From assembly GCA_016926735.1 (NCBI GenBank), contig JAFGOA010000045.1:1-10150 (forward strand): a DNA stretch of 10,150 bases. The letters run 5' to 3'. Both the position numbers and the translations under genes were made by a program. Below are positions 1-7,660 of the stretch, one piece after another. Source of the DNA: Promethearchaeota archaeon (GTDB lineage: Archaea; Asgardarchaeota; Lokiarchaeia; Sigyniarchaeales; SOKP01). The notes beneath the pieces were generated by a model. The model worked only from the letters and a program-made list of their open reading frames with translations. It searched no databases and was not told where the DNA came from. Within the stretch, counting starts at the first letter, position 1; every line of letters starts with the position of its first letter.

Positions 1-222
1 AATATTATATTTTTGATATTTAATTATTTTTAAATAGATATATAGAAATCATATTAAATATATAGTATCAAGGAAATTAAGTGAAAAAAGAACTAAAAAC
101 ATCTAATCATCTTTTTACAAATATATATCAATAATTTCTTTTTTATTATGCCTTTTTGTCTATAATTTTAATTTATTATGATAAAATTCAAAGCAATTTA
201 CTTACTAATTTTTTGTTATATA

Positions 223-238
223 AAAAAGAATTTTATAA
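223..238 (+). promoter_or_regulatory. Putative archaeal BRE + TATA box for tbp
   Basis: Purine run AAAAAGAA (223-230) directly followed by TTTTATAA (231-238), ending 32 nt before the ATG at 270. This fits archaeal promoter geometry, but the AT-rich background weakens it. Confidence 0.45.
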
Positions 239-269
239 GGGAAGATTAATATTTAAATAGTGAAAGATC

Positions 270-911
270 ATGGCAAAGATAGATTTAGAAGATGATGAAA
301 ATTTGGACGAAGAGCAAGATTATGAGATTGACTATAAAATTGAGAATGTTGTAGCAACAGTAATAGTTGAAATACAAGAGAAGATTGACTTAACTAAGAT
401 AGCACGGAAACATGTTGATGTAGAATATAATCCAGAGAGATTCCCTGGTTTAGTTATGCGAATTGAGAAACCAAGAGCAACTATTCTTATTTTCTCTACA
501 GGAAAAATGGTTGTGACGGGAATGAGAAAAGCATCTGAAGCAGATGCCGTAGTTGATAAGGCAATAAAGAAAATAAAGAAAGCCGGTATAGAAGTTGGAG
601 AGCCTGAAATAACCATTCAAAATATCGTAGCTAGTGGTGATCTACATACTCATGTGGATTTGAATATGGGAGCTATTGTTATGGAATATGCAATGTATGA
701 ACCTGAAGTATTTCCCGGGTTAATTTATAGAATGCAAAATCCTAAGACTGTTTTCCTTATTTTTTCTACAGGAAAAATAGTATGTACGGGCACTAAAAAT
801 AAAGCTGATGTAAGAGAAGCTGTAATTAAGTTAAATAAGGAAGTAAGAGAACTAGATATCGCAAAGGATAATATCAACAAATCTGAATATCAAGATATAA
901 CATTCATATAA
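270..911 (+). CDS. tbp: TATA-box-binding protein (archaeal TBP)
   Basis: Two canonical TBP repeats: IENVVAT...EYNPERFPGLVMRIEKPRATILIFSTGKMVVTG and IQNIVAS...MYEPEVFPGLIYRMQNPKTVFLIFSTGKIVCTG. Acidic N-terminal extension. Confidence 0.98.
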   Translation: MAKIDLEDDENLDEEQDYEIDYKIENVVATVIVEIQEKIDLTKIARKHVDVEYNPERFPGLVMRIEKPRATILIFSTGKMVVTGMRKASEADAVVDKAIKKIKKAGIEVGEPEITIQNIVASGDLHTHVDLNMGAIVMEYAMYEPEVFPGLIYRMQNPKTVFLIFSTGKIVCTGTKNKADVREAVIKLNKEVRELDIAKDNINKSEYQDITFI

Positions 912-980
912 AAAATTAGTAAGTTATAAATTTAATCTAAATAAATTTGTTTCTGAGTTTTGTAAAAAGAAATCATTATT

Positions 981-1020
981 TCTTTATTCTTTTTTTTTCT
1001 TAATATTAATCTTATTTTTT
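981..1020 (+). terminator. Probable oligo-T archaeal terminator region for tbp
   Basis: T-rich tracts (ctttttttttctt, tattttt) 70-110 nt after the tbp stop codon. Confidence 0.3.
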
Positions 1021-1109
1021 CATTTATGTTAAATTAACCATATAATAATTCAAGTTTTATATTACTTTTTTATAGTTTAAATTATTTTAAAACGTTAAAT
1101 AACAAAAAT

Positions 1110-1712
1110 TTGGTGTTTAAAATTCCAAATTTAAATTCTTTAACTATTCCATATCTTAAAAAAATTGCTGAAGAATGTGATATAGTTCTCAATAAGGGGA
1201 AAAAAGCGGATATCATTAGAATTATTTCTAATTCGAACATTTCTAAAGATATAATAGATAATTTAGTTAAAAAATATTTAAAAGAAAAACAATCGATTGG
1301 AGCAGATAAAAAAAAAAAAAGAGATCATAATTATTTGGTTTTAGAACAAAAATTTTATCAATTAGAGAAAAAGGTTGATTTTCTATATTCAATTATAAAA
1401 CAGAAATACAAAATTTTCCCAGAAGAGCAAATACAATTAGAGAATAATTTAAAAGAAGATAATTTTAAAATATCAGAAGATATTGACCCATCTATTAAAA
1501 AAATTAAAGATTTAATTTTAGAAATTCTTAAACCAAGAGACTCCATTACTATAGATAATTTAATTCAAATTAAAGAATTACAAGATATTTCTTTAAGTCA
1601 ATTGAAAAAAGCTATAAAAGATTTGATAGAAATGAATATTTTATATGCTACAAATGGGAAATCCATTCAGAAAATAGATGGAAATATAGGAAAACTAATT
1701 AGAATTCATTGA
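1110..1712 (+). CDS. Hypothetical nucleic-acid-binding protein: N-terminal HeH/SAP/Rho-N-like domain, coiled coil, C-terminal winged helix
   Basis: 200-aa ORF (TTG 1110 or GTG 1113 start). aa 8-40 [33 protein letters not shown] fits the helix-extension-helix pattern. aa 75-97 is heptad-like. aa 129-190 (ITIDNLI...[22 protein letters not shown]) fits a winged helix. Confidence 0.65.
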   Translation: MVFKIPNLNSLTIPYLKKIAEECDIVLNKGKKADIIRIISNSNISKDIIDNLVKKYLKEKQSIGADKKKKRDHNYLVLEQKFYQLEKKVDFLYSIIKQKYKIFPEEQIQLENNLKEDNFKISEDIDPSIKKIKDLILEILKPRDSITIDNLIQIKELQDISLSQLKKAIKDLIEMNILYATNGKSIQKIDGNIGKLIRIH

Positions 1713-2191
1713 TTTTTACATAATCCTAAAATTGAATTTTTCTTTTTTAAATATTTTTGATGGTATTCCTCGGCAGGATAGAATGAACAAATAGGTAAAA
1801 TCTCAGTTACTATAGGATTTTTGTAAACATTTAACTTTTCTAGTTTTTTTTTAGATTTAATAATTTCATTTTTTTGATAGATATTATGATAATAAAGAAC
1901 AGATCTGTATTGATTTCCAATATCATAACCTTGTCGATTTAAAGTAGTAGGATTATGTATTTTCCAAAAAATATCAAGTAATTGAGCAAAAGAAATTTCT
2001 TCTGGATTATATTCTAATTGAACTACTTCTGCATGACCTGTTTTACCTGAACATACATCTTCATATGTTGGATTCTTAAATTTCCCTCCACTATAACCCA
2101 CTGTTGTTTTTAATATCCCCTTTATTTTCCTGAATTTTTCCTCCACTCCCCAAAAACAACCTGCTCCAAGAGTTATTTTTTCAATAAACAT
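1706..2191 (-). CDS. msrA: Peptide-methionine (S)-S-oxide reductase MsrA
   Basis: Active-site GAGCFWG plus the motifs [37 protein letters not shown] and [13 protein letters not shown]-terminal Cys could be the resolving residue. Confidence 0.97.
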   Translation of the reverse strand: MFIEKITLGAGCFWGVEEKFRKIKGILKTTVGYSGGKFKNPTYEDVCSGKTGHAEVVQLEYNPEEISFAQLLDIFWKIHNPTTLNRQGYDIGNQYRSVLYYHNIYQKNEIIKSKKKLEKLNVYKNPIVTEILPICSFYPAEEYHQKYLKKKNSILGLCKNQ

Positions 2192-2421
2192 AAATTAAAT
2201 CAATCAATTTAAGTATTAAATTATACGTCTGATAATTTAAAATCTATAGATAAAAAATAAGCAAAAAAAATAATATAAACAAGATTTTTTTTTTTATATT
2301 AAATAACCCTTTATTTTTTATTTGTCAAAGATCTACAAAAATAAGATCATTAAATATTTGATAATTTCTTATATTTTAAGTAAATAACAATGATTTTTTA
2401 ACTATTAACAAAAATAGATAA

Positions 2422-4866
2422 ATGTCAAATAAAAAAAGTATAGAATCTAATTCTAAAATAAAAAGAATTACAGTTGGTTGTCTTTTAAATAGAGTAGATG
2501 AGGAATATCAAAAAATAATATGTAGTGGTATTTCAGACTATTGTAAGCAAAATGATCTTAATTTAATATATTATGCTGGAAGGTCTCTAAATGAACCAGT
2601 AGAATTAGAATCTTTATGTAATTTTGTATACGACTTAATTTCTCCAAATTCAGTTGATGGGTTAATAATTTTTTCAGCTGTTTTAGGTAATTTTATTAAA
2701 AAAGAAGAATTGCTAAGTTTTCTTAAAACATACAATAGTATTCCTAGTGTAAGTATTGCTATGGAAATAAAGGATATGCATTCTTTAATAATAGATGATA
2801 AAAAAGGTATGTATGACCTTATTAAGCATATTATCGAAGTACATAATATTGATAAAATAGCTTTTATTAAAGGGCCTGAGAATAACATTGAAGCGAATCA
2901 AAGATTTGAAGCTTATAAAGAAATATTATGTGATTATAATATATCTTTCGATCCAAATCTAGTCATTCAAGGACATTTTTATGAAAATGATGGTAAAATT
3001 GCTGTTAAGATATTATTAGATGAAAGGAAAGCTAATTTTAAAGCAATAGTAGCATCTAATGATACTATGGCTTTAGGAGCTCTAATGGAATTGAATAATA
3101 GAGGGTATAATATACCCAGAGATTATTTAATAGTAGGATTTGACAATTTACCTCGAAGCAACTTATCCAATCCTCCACTAACTACTGTTAATCAACCTTT
3201 ATATAATTTAGGAGTAGTTGCAGCACAATCTATACTAAAACTTATCAAAAGAGAAATAACCCCTAGTATAAAGAAATTTAAAACTGAATTAATTCTTCGT
3301 AGTTCTTGTGGATGTGTTCCAAAAAATATTGAAAGAGTATCTATAGAAACTTATGATAATTCCTTCTTATCTTCTCATAATAAGCCTGAAAAAAAAAATA
3401 TTTTAGATAAAATTATAAACTCTTTAGAAAATATAGATATTCATATAGATAAACAAAATATAGAAAACTTAAACAATGCATTAATAGAAGAGATTTATCA
3501 CAATCAAAAAAATGAATTTTTACGCCTCCTTGATAATTTAATTTTAAAATATTCTCAAATTAAAATCAATCCAGACTTTTGGCATGATATTATATCAGAA
3601 TTTAGACAAAATTATGTTCCCCTCCTAAAAAACCAAGATATTTTACTTATAAAACTTGAAGATCTATTACATAAATCAAGACTGTTAGTTAGTGAAACAG
3701 AAAAGAGACATTATGGTTTTATGAATTATCTAGAACATAGAAAATCAAGAATATTTATTCATGCAATAGAATCATTTAATATAGCACATGGTATATCAAA
3801 TTTATTAAAAGTTATTATTCAGAAGATATCATTATTTGGAATTAAAAGTGCATATCTGTCTTTATTTGAAGATTTTAATAAAAATTTATTTGATTGTTCA
3901 AAAATGGTTTTATATTTTGTAGATAATAAAATATGTAAAGTTAATATAAAATCAGATGAGAATAAATTTTTATCAAAAAATATCATACCTACACATTTAA
4001 TTCCAAAAAATCGGAGATTTGATTGGATTATTGAGGCTTTAAGATCCAGAGAAGGAAAAAAATATGGTTTTATTGTTTTTGAGCCGAAACAAGATACTTT
4101 TACTAATTATAGTGAAATTAGTTTACATATTAGTATAGCATTAGAAGAAGCTTTTCATTTTGAAGAGCGTGAATTATTGCTGAATAAATTAGAGTTATCT
4201 AATAGAGAATTAGAGGAATTCGCGTATTTTGTTTCTCATGATTTGAAAAATCCGCTTCATACAATTGGGGGATATTTGGAGTTGTTAAAACAAAAATATA
4301 AGGAAAATTTAGAAAAGGAAGCAATAGAGATTATAGATTTATGTACAAAAAGCGTAGATAAAATGAATAAATTGATTGAAAGTGTTTTAGCATATTCAAA
4401 AATCTCAACTCAAACAAAACCTTTTACAGAAATAGATATAAATCAAATAATCAAAGATGTATTTTTTAATTTAAAAAATGAAATTGATATATCCAAAGCA
4501 CAAATCACTTATGATAAATTACCAATGATATTAGGTGAACAATCTCAATTAACCCAGTTATTTCAAAATTTAATAGATAATGCTATTAAATTTCAAAATA
4601 ATACTAATCCAAAAATACATATTGGTGTTCAAGAAAAAAAGAAGTTGTGGGTTTTTTCAGTTTCTGATAATGGTATTGGTATCGATCCTATAAATTTTCA
4701 AAAAATTTTTAAAATATTTGGAAGAATCAATACTGGTAAGAAGTATAAAGGAAATGGAATTGGTTTGGCATTTTGTAAAAAAATAATAGAGCGCCATGGA
4801 GGAAAGATTTGGATAGAATCAAAAATTGGAGAGGGTAGTACTTTCTTTTTTACAATATCAAAATAA
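2422..4866 (+). CDS. Soluble sensor histidine kinase with N-terminal LacI-family (periplasmic-binding-protein-like) ligand-binding domain, GAF-like middle region and HisKA-HATPase
   Basis: aa ~15-298 has LacI effector-domain motifs (VDGLII, KIAFIKGP, AIVASNDTMALG, IVGFDN, PPLTTVNQP, LILRSSCGC). H-box SNRELEEFAYFVSHDLKNPL (His606), N-box QLFQNLIDNAIK, G1 SDNGIGID, G2 GNGIGLAFCKKII. No TM segment and no HTH. Confidence 0.92.
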   Translation: MSNKKSIESNSKIKRITVGCLLNRVDEEYQKIICSGISDYCKQNDLNLIYYAGRSLNEPVELESLCNFVYDLISPNSVDGLIIFSAVLGNFIKKEELLSFLKTYNSIPSVSIAMEIKDMHSLIIDDKKGMYDLIKHIIEVHNIDKIAFIKGPENNIEANQRFEAYKEILCDYNISFDPNLVIQGHFYENDGKIAVKILLDERKANFKAIVASNDTMALGALMELNNRGYNIPRDYLIVGFDNLPRSNLSNPPLTTVNQPLYNLGVVAAQSILKLIKREITPSIKKFKTELILRSSCGCVPKNIERVSIETYDNSFLSSHNKPEKKNILDKIINSLENIDIHIDKQNIENLNNALIEEIYHNQKNEFLRLLDNLILKYSQIKINPDFWHDIISEFRQNYVPLLKNQDILLIKLEDLLHKSRLLVSETEKRHYGFMNYLEHRKSRIFIHAIESFNIAHGISNLLKVIIQKISLFGIKSAYLSLFEDFNKNLFDCSKMVLYFVDNKICKVNIKSDENKFLSKNIIPTHLIPKNRRFDWIIEALRSREGKKYGFIVFEPKQDTFTNYSEISLHISIALEEAFHFEERELLLNKLELSNRELEEFAYFVSHDLKNPLHTIGGYLELLKQKYKENLEKEAIEIIDLCTKSVDKMNKLIESVLAYSKISTQTKPFTEIDINQIIKDVFFNLKNEIDISKAQITYDKLPMILGEQSQLTQLFQNLIDNAIKFQNNTNPKIHIGVQEKKKLWVFSVSDNGIGIDPINFQKIFKIFGRINTGKKYKGNGIGLAFCKKIIERHGGKIWIESKIGEGSTFFFTISK

Positions 4867-4892
4867 TAATCCTTAAAACAAAATATTCTGTT

Positions 4893-5642
4893 TCACATAT
4901 TCGGTATGAGATTAAATATTCTATCTTGAATTTTATTTTTAATCTCTCTTGCTAAATCTAGAGAAACATCATCAGGAATCTGCTCCAAATTTTCTTTTAT
5001 TTCATTTTTTATTATAGATTCAATATTTATCATTAATTTATCTAAAATGTTGTGTTTTTTCAAATAATTTTTTCTATGTTTTTTAATATAATCTCTGTTT
5101 TCTTTTTTCAACCATAAGTTTCCTTTATATTTTAATAGTTTTAATAATTTTCTTGATTTTTCTTGATTAAAATTCTTAAGTTCATATTTATAATTTTGAA
5201 ATAATTCATCAAAATGATTAATCAAATTTTGTTCTTCTTCGGAATCGAAATAGGTATTAGAATTTAAAAAATTAATAATCATAAAATCATTAAATCTGAA
5301 ATATATTTGGGCCTTAATATTGGATCCATGAATTTCTAAATGAGAAAGATTTTTGATATTTGTTTGACCAGCAAATGTTTTAAAAGAACTAAAATACATA
5401 GAAATGAGATCGATTTCAAATAAATTAGCATCATCATCAGATAAATATGATTTTATTGGTCCAAAATTGTTGGTTTCTTCACAGTTATACTCATAGACTA
5501 ATATTGTGTTTCCATATTGATCCGCTATAATAACACCTAGTATAGGCGGTATTTGATGGAAATTATTGGAATATTTATTAAATTTAGATAATCTTCTCTC
5601 AATCATATCATTCATCATTATCATAATTCTGTCGGTATCCAC
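4893..5642 (-). CDS. Longin/roadblock-like domain protein with C-terminal helical extension
   Basis: 249-aa ORF; start uncertain (GTG 5642 or a downstream ATG at 5624-5606). ILGVIIADQYGNTILVYEY (beta-hairpin), DLISMYFSSFKTFA (helix), LSHLEIHGSNIKAQIYF..FMIINFL (three strands) and then helices match longin topology. Confidence 0.6.
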   Translation of the reverse strand: MDTDRIMIMMNDMIERRLSKFNKYSNNFHQIPPILGVIIADQYGNTILVYEYNCEETNNFGPIKSYLSDDDANLFEIDLISMYFSSFKTFAGQTNIKNLSHLEIHGSNIKAQIYFRFNDFMIINFLNSNTYFDSEEEQNLINHFDELFQNYKYELKNFNQEKSRKLLKLLKYKGNLWLKKENRDYIKKHRKNYLKKHNILDKLMINIESIIKNEIKENLEQIPDDVSLDLAREIKNKIQDRIFNLIPNM

Positions 5643-5899
5643 TTTCTATTTAATAAATTATTTGGAAAATATAACAAATTTTAAGATATTCTCTGTATTT
5701 TGCTTTTTGTTATAGAAATCGATTTTCTTTACTATAAATTCTATTAAAAAAAATATAATTATAAAAATTAAAGAGTGTATTAATTTATATAAATTCATAG
5801 ATTTAAATATGTTATTTAATTAGCGTCATATCATTTAATTTGAAATTTATAAAAAATATAAACTTTAAAAGAAGGAAATAATAAAAAAAGTAATTTAAA

Positions 5900-6127
5900 T
5901 TATAATTTATTGATGTATTTTAATGCTTCTCCTCGTAATATTTTCTTAAATGCAATATTTCTATTCTCGAAATACATTTTTTCATTTCCATTATAAATTA
6001 ATTTTTTTAATCTTTTCTCATCAAATATATGAAATGGAATAGATAAATGACAAAAATCATTAGAATCATATTGATTTTCTTTATATTGAGATTTGTTAAT
6101 AGACTTATTAGAATTTATACCTATCAT
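5900..6127 (-). CDS. Small hypothetical protein (~75 aa), probably co-transcribed with the RHH gene
   Basis: ORF starts 12 nt after the RHH stop (ATG at 6127, alternative GTG at 6133), preceded by an SD-like AGGTG. It fills an otherwise empty gap. No recognisable domain. Confidence 0.55.
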   Translation of the reverse strand: MIGINSNKSINKSQYKENQYDSNDFCHLSIPFHIFDEKRLKKLIYNGNEKMYFENRNIAFKKILRGEALKYINKL

Positions 6128-6139
6128 ACACACACCTTT

Positions 6140-6598
6140 TTATATTAACTTTTTATTGATTAGTTTACCATCTTGATATATTAATTCTACTCCCGCGTTT
6201 TTTAACTTAGGATTATGAAAAAATACTATCTTTTTTATAGATTCTACATGAACCTTTAAAAACTCCGCAGCATCATTAATATCAATACTTGAAATTCCTT
6301 TAAACATCTCAACCATTTGATTAAATAAATCTTTTTCAAGTACTTGTAAATCATTATCTATAGTAATTCCCTTATATGTAGTTTGAGCTATTTTCCGTAA
6401 TCCTATAAGGTCAATTTCCCACATACTCATAATTTTATCTGCATTTTGTTCTATCCATTCTTCTATGATATTATTTATTACTTTAGATTTAGAAGTTCCT
6501 TTTATACCTTCAAGACTTTGAACTAACCGTTCATTCACTACATCTATACTAATTGTTATTCTTTTAAATTTGTCAGACGCAGAATTTTCTGAAGACAT
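6140..6598 (-). CDS. Ribbon-helix-helix (CopG/MetJ-like) transcription regulator with C-terminal winged-helix-like domain
   Basis: KRITISIDVVNERLVQSLEGIKGTSKSKVINNIIEEWI matches the RHH pattern (alternating beta strand, helix, G-x-S-x-S turn, helix). C-terminal ISSIDINDAAEFLKVHVESIKKIV...LIYQDGKL is HTH plus wing. Confidence 0.75.
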   Translation of the reverse strand: MSSENSASDKFKRITISIDVVNERLVQSLEGIKGTSKSKVINNIIEEWIEQNADKIMSMWEIDLIGLRKIAQTTYKGITIDNDLQVLEKDLFNQMVEMFKGISSIDINDAAEFLKVHVESIKKIVFFHNPKLKNAGVELIYQDGKLINKKLI

Positions 6599-6605
6599 TT
6601 TTTGT

Positions 6606-6679
6606 ATTCACATTTATCTATAATAAAATGTTATGAATATGTTTATAAATATTTATGTTAATAATCATAAAATGTGAAT
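6606..6679. repeat. Perfect 10-bp inverted repeat ATTCACATTT / AAATGTGAAT flanking a TATA-like box; candidate operator
   Basis: Arms at 6606-6615 and 6670-6679 with a 54-nt spacer containing TTTATAAA (6642-6649). Lies in the divergent RHH / cyclin-like intergenic region. Confidence 0.55.
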
Positions 6680-6800
6680 CACCATATTTAAATATTGCAT
6701 AAAAAGTGCACACTTAAATATGATGTGTGTTATAGTAATAATATTGATGTAATATTTGGGAATTACATCAAAAAATCAATCAAATAAGTGTGTGTATAAA

Positions 6801-7442
6801 ATGTTGGAATTAGTTTCCTATAATAATCAAATTCCTGACACAAGAACTAAAATTACTATTGATTTATTGAAAGAAGGAATAGATTTTCTTAGTCAATTTA
6901 ATATAAATAAAAATCTTATATCCGATACAATGTCTATCATCAATAATTTTTTGAAAAAAAAGGATAAGATCCCCCATAATATATTCAAATTCTTCATTGC
7001 AGCATATTATATTATTTCCAGACATCCTATGGCTTTTCCTGTTCATGAATCAAAAAAAGATTTTTGTCAACAATTTTCTATTAAGCAAGCTTCTTTAGAT
7101 TATAGCGTAGATAAAATTTTGAATATTTTGAAATATATAAAAATTCAGGATGATATGAATTACCCATACTTTTTAAATCCTAAAAAAGACATTGGATTCA
7201 ATTTACTAAAATCAATAGTAAAAGCTGAAGTTGAAAGAAATATGATGAACTTTTATCAATATAATTACTTAATCAATACACAGATATTAAGTGAAGAATT
7301 GATATCTAAGATTATATTTGAAATGAAATTATTTCCAGAAGAGTTATTTCGTCAATTTTATCATATAATTTTTGAAATGGTTAATGAAGAATTAAAGGAA
7401 TATAATAAAATAGTTCATCTTCAACAGAAATATCTATTATGA
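6801..7442 (+). CDS. Cyclin-fold / TFIIB(TFB)-repeat-like protein lacking the zinc ribbon
   Basis: ATG 6801 preferred over TTG 6756. GIDFLSQFNINKNLISDTMSII...FFIAAYYIISRH...SKKDFCQQFSIKQASLDYSVDKILNIL resembles one TFB/cyclin repeat (AA.Y...R motif followed by an HTH). The C-terminal half is helical. Confidence 0.55.
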   Translation: MLELVSYNNQIPDTRTKITIDLLKEGIDFLSQFNINKNLISDTMSIINNFLKKKDKIPHNIFKFFIAAYYIISRHPMAFPVHESKKDFCQQFSIKQASLDYSVDKILNILKYIKIQDDMNYPYFLNPKKDIGFNLLKSIVKAEVERNMMNFYQYNYLINTQILSEELISKIIFEMKLFPEELFRQFYHIIFEMVNEELKEYNKIVHLQQKYLL

Positions 7443-7444
7443 AT

Positions 7445-7464
7445 TTTTTTTTAACCTCTTTTTT
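7445..7464 (+). terminator. Oligo-T terminator after the cyclin-like gene
   Basis: T-runs immediately after the TGA at 7442. Confidence 0.4.
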
Positions 7465-7543
7465 AAAATATAAGGATGAGTTTAAAGAAAATTAATTAAA
7501 AATTTTTCAATTATTATATAATGATTTTAACCCTTACCCTGTT

Positions 7544-7584
7544 AAAAAAAAAAATTACCAAAAATTAAAAAAGGTTTTTGGTAA
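7544..7584 (-). terminator. Hairpin plus U11 tract; probable terminator for trmJ
   Basis: Perfect 10-bp stem TTACCAAAAA (7555-7564) / TTTTTGGTAA (7575-7584) with a 10-nt loop. A11 at 7544-7554 reads as U11 after the stem on the minus strand. Confidence 0.55.
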
Positions 7585-7660
7585 AAAAAATATATTTGTT
7601 ATAAAAAATATAAATTTCGAATATAAAAATATTTTCTTTTTTTATATCATTATATGATTT

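Noticed and set aside
332-616. 94-aa minus-strand ORF
   Set aside because: Antisense shadow entirely inside tbp.
486-778. 22/23-nt direct repeat (486-508 and 756-778)
   Set aside because: Both copies encode LIFSTGK of the two TBP repeats, 90 codons apart; explained by the protein's internal duplication and codon bias.
1358-1546. 62-aa minus-strand ORF
   Set aside because: Antisense to the 1110-1712 gene; no motif.
1706-2191. Possible selenocysteine MsrA
   Set aside because: The catalytic codon is TGT (Cys); the only TGA is the terminal stop, which overlaps the convergent gene by 7 nt.
2571-2888. 105-aa minus-strand ORF
   Set aside because: Antisense shadow within the histidine kinase.
5900-6598. 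RHH antitoxin-toxin pair
   Set aside because: The downstream ORF shows no PIN, RelE, HicA or MazF motifs, and the RHH protein is long and two-domain.
6864-7046. 60-aa minus-strand ORF
   Set aside because: Antisense within the cyclin-like gene.
7526-7540. Telomere-like TTAACCCTTACCCT
   Set aside because: Only two imperfect units at an internal position; not an array.
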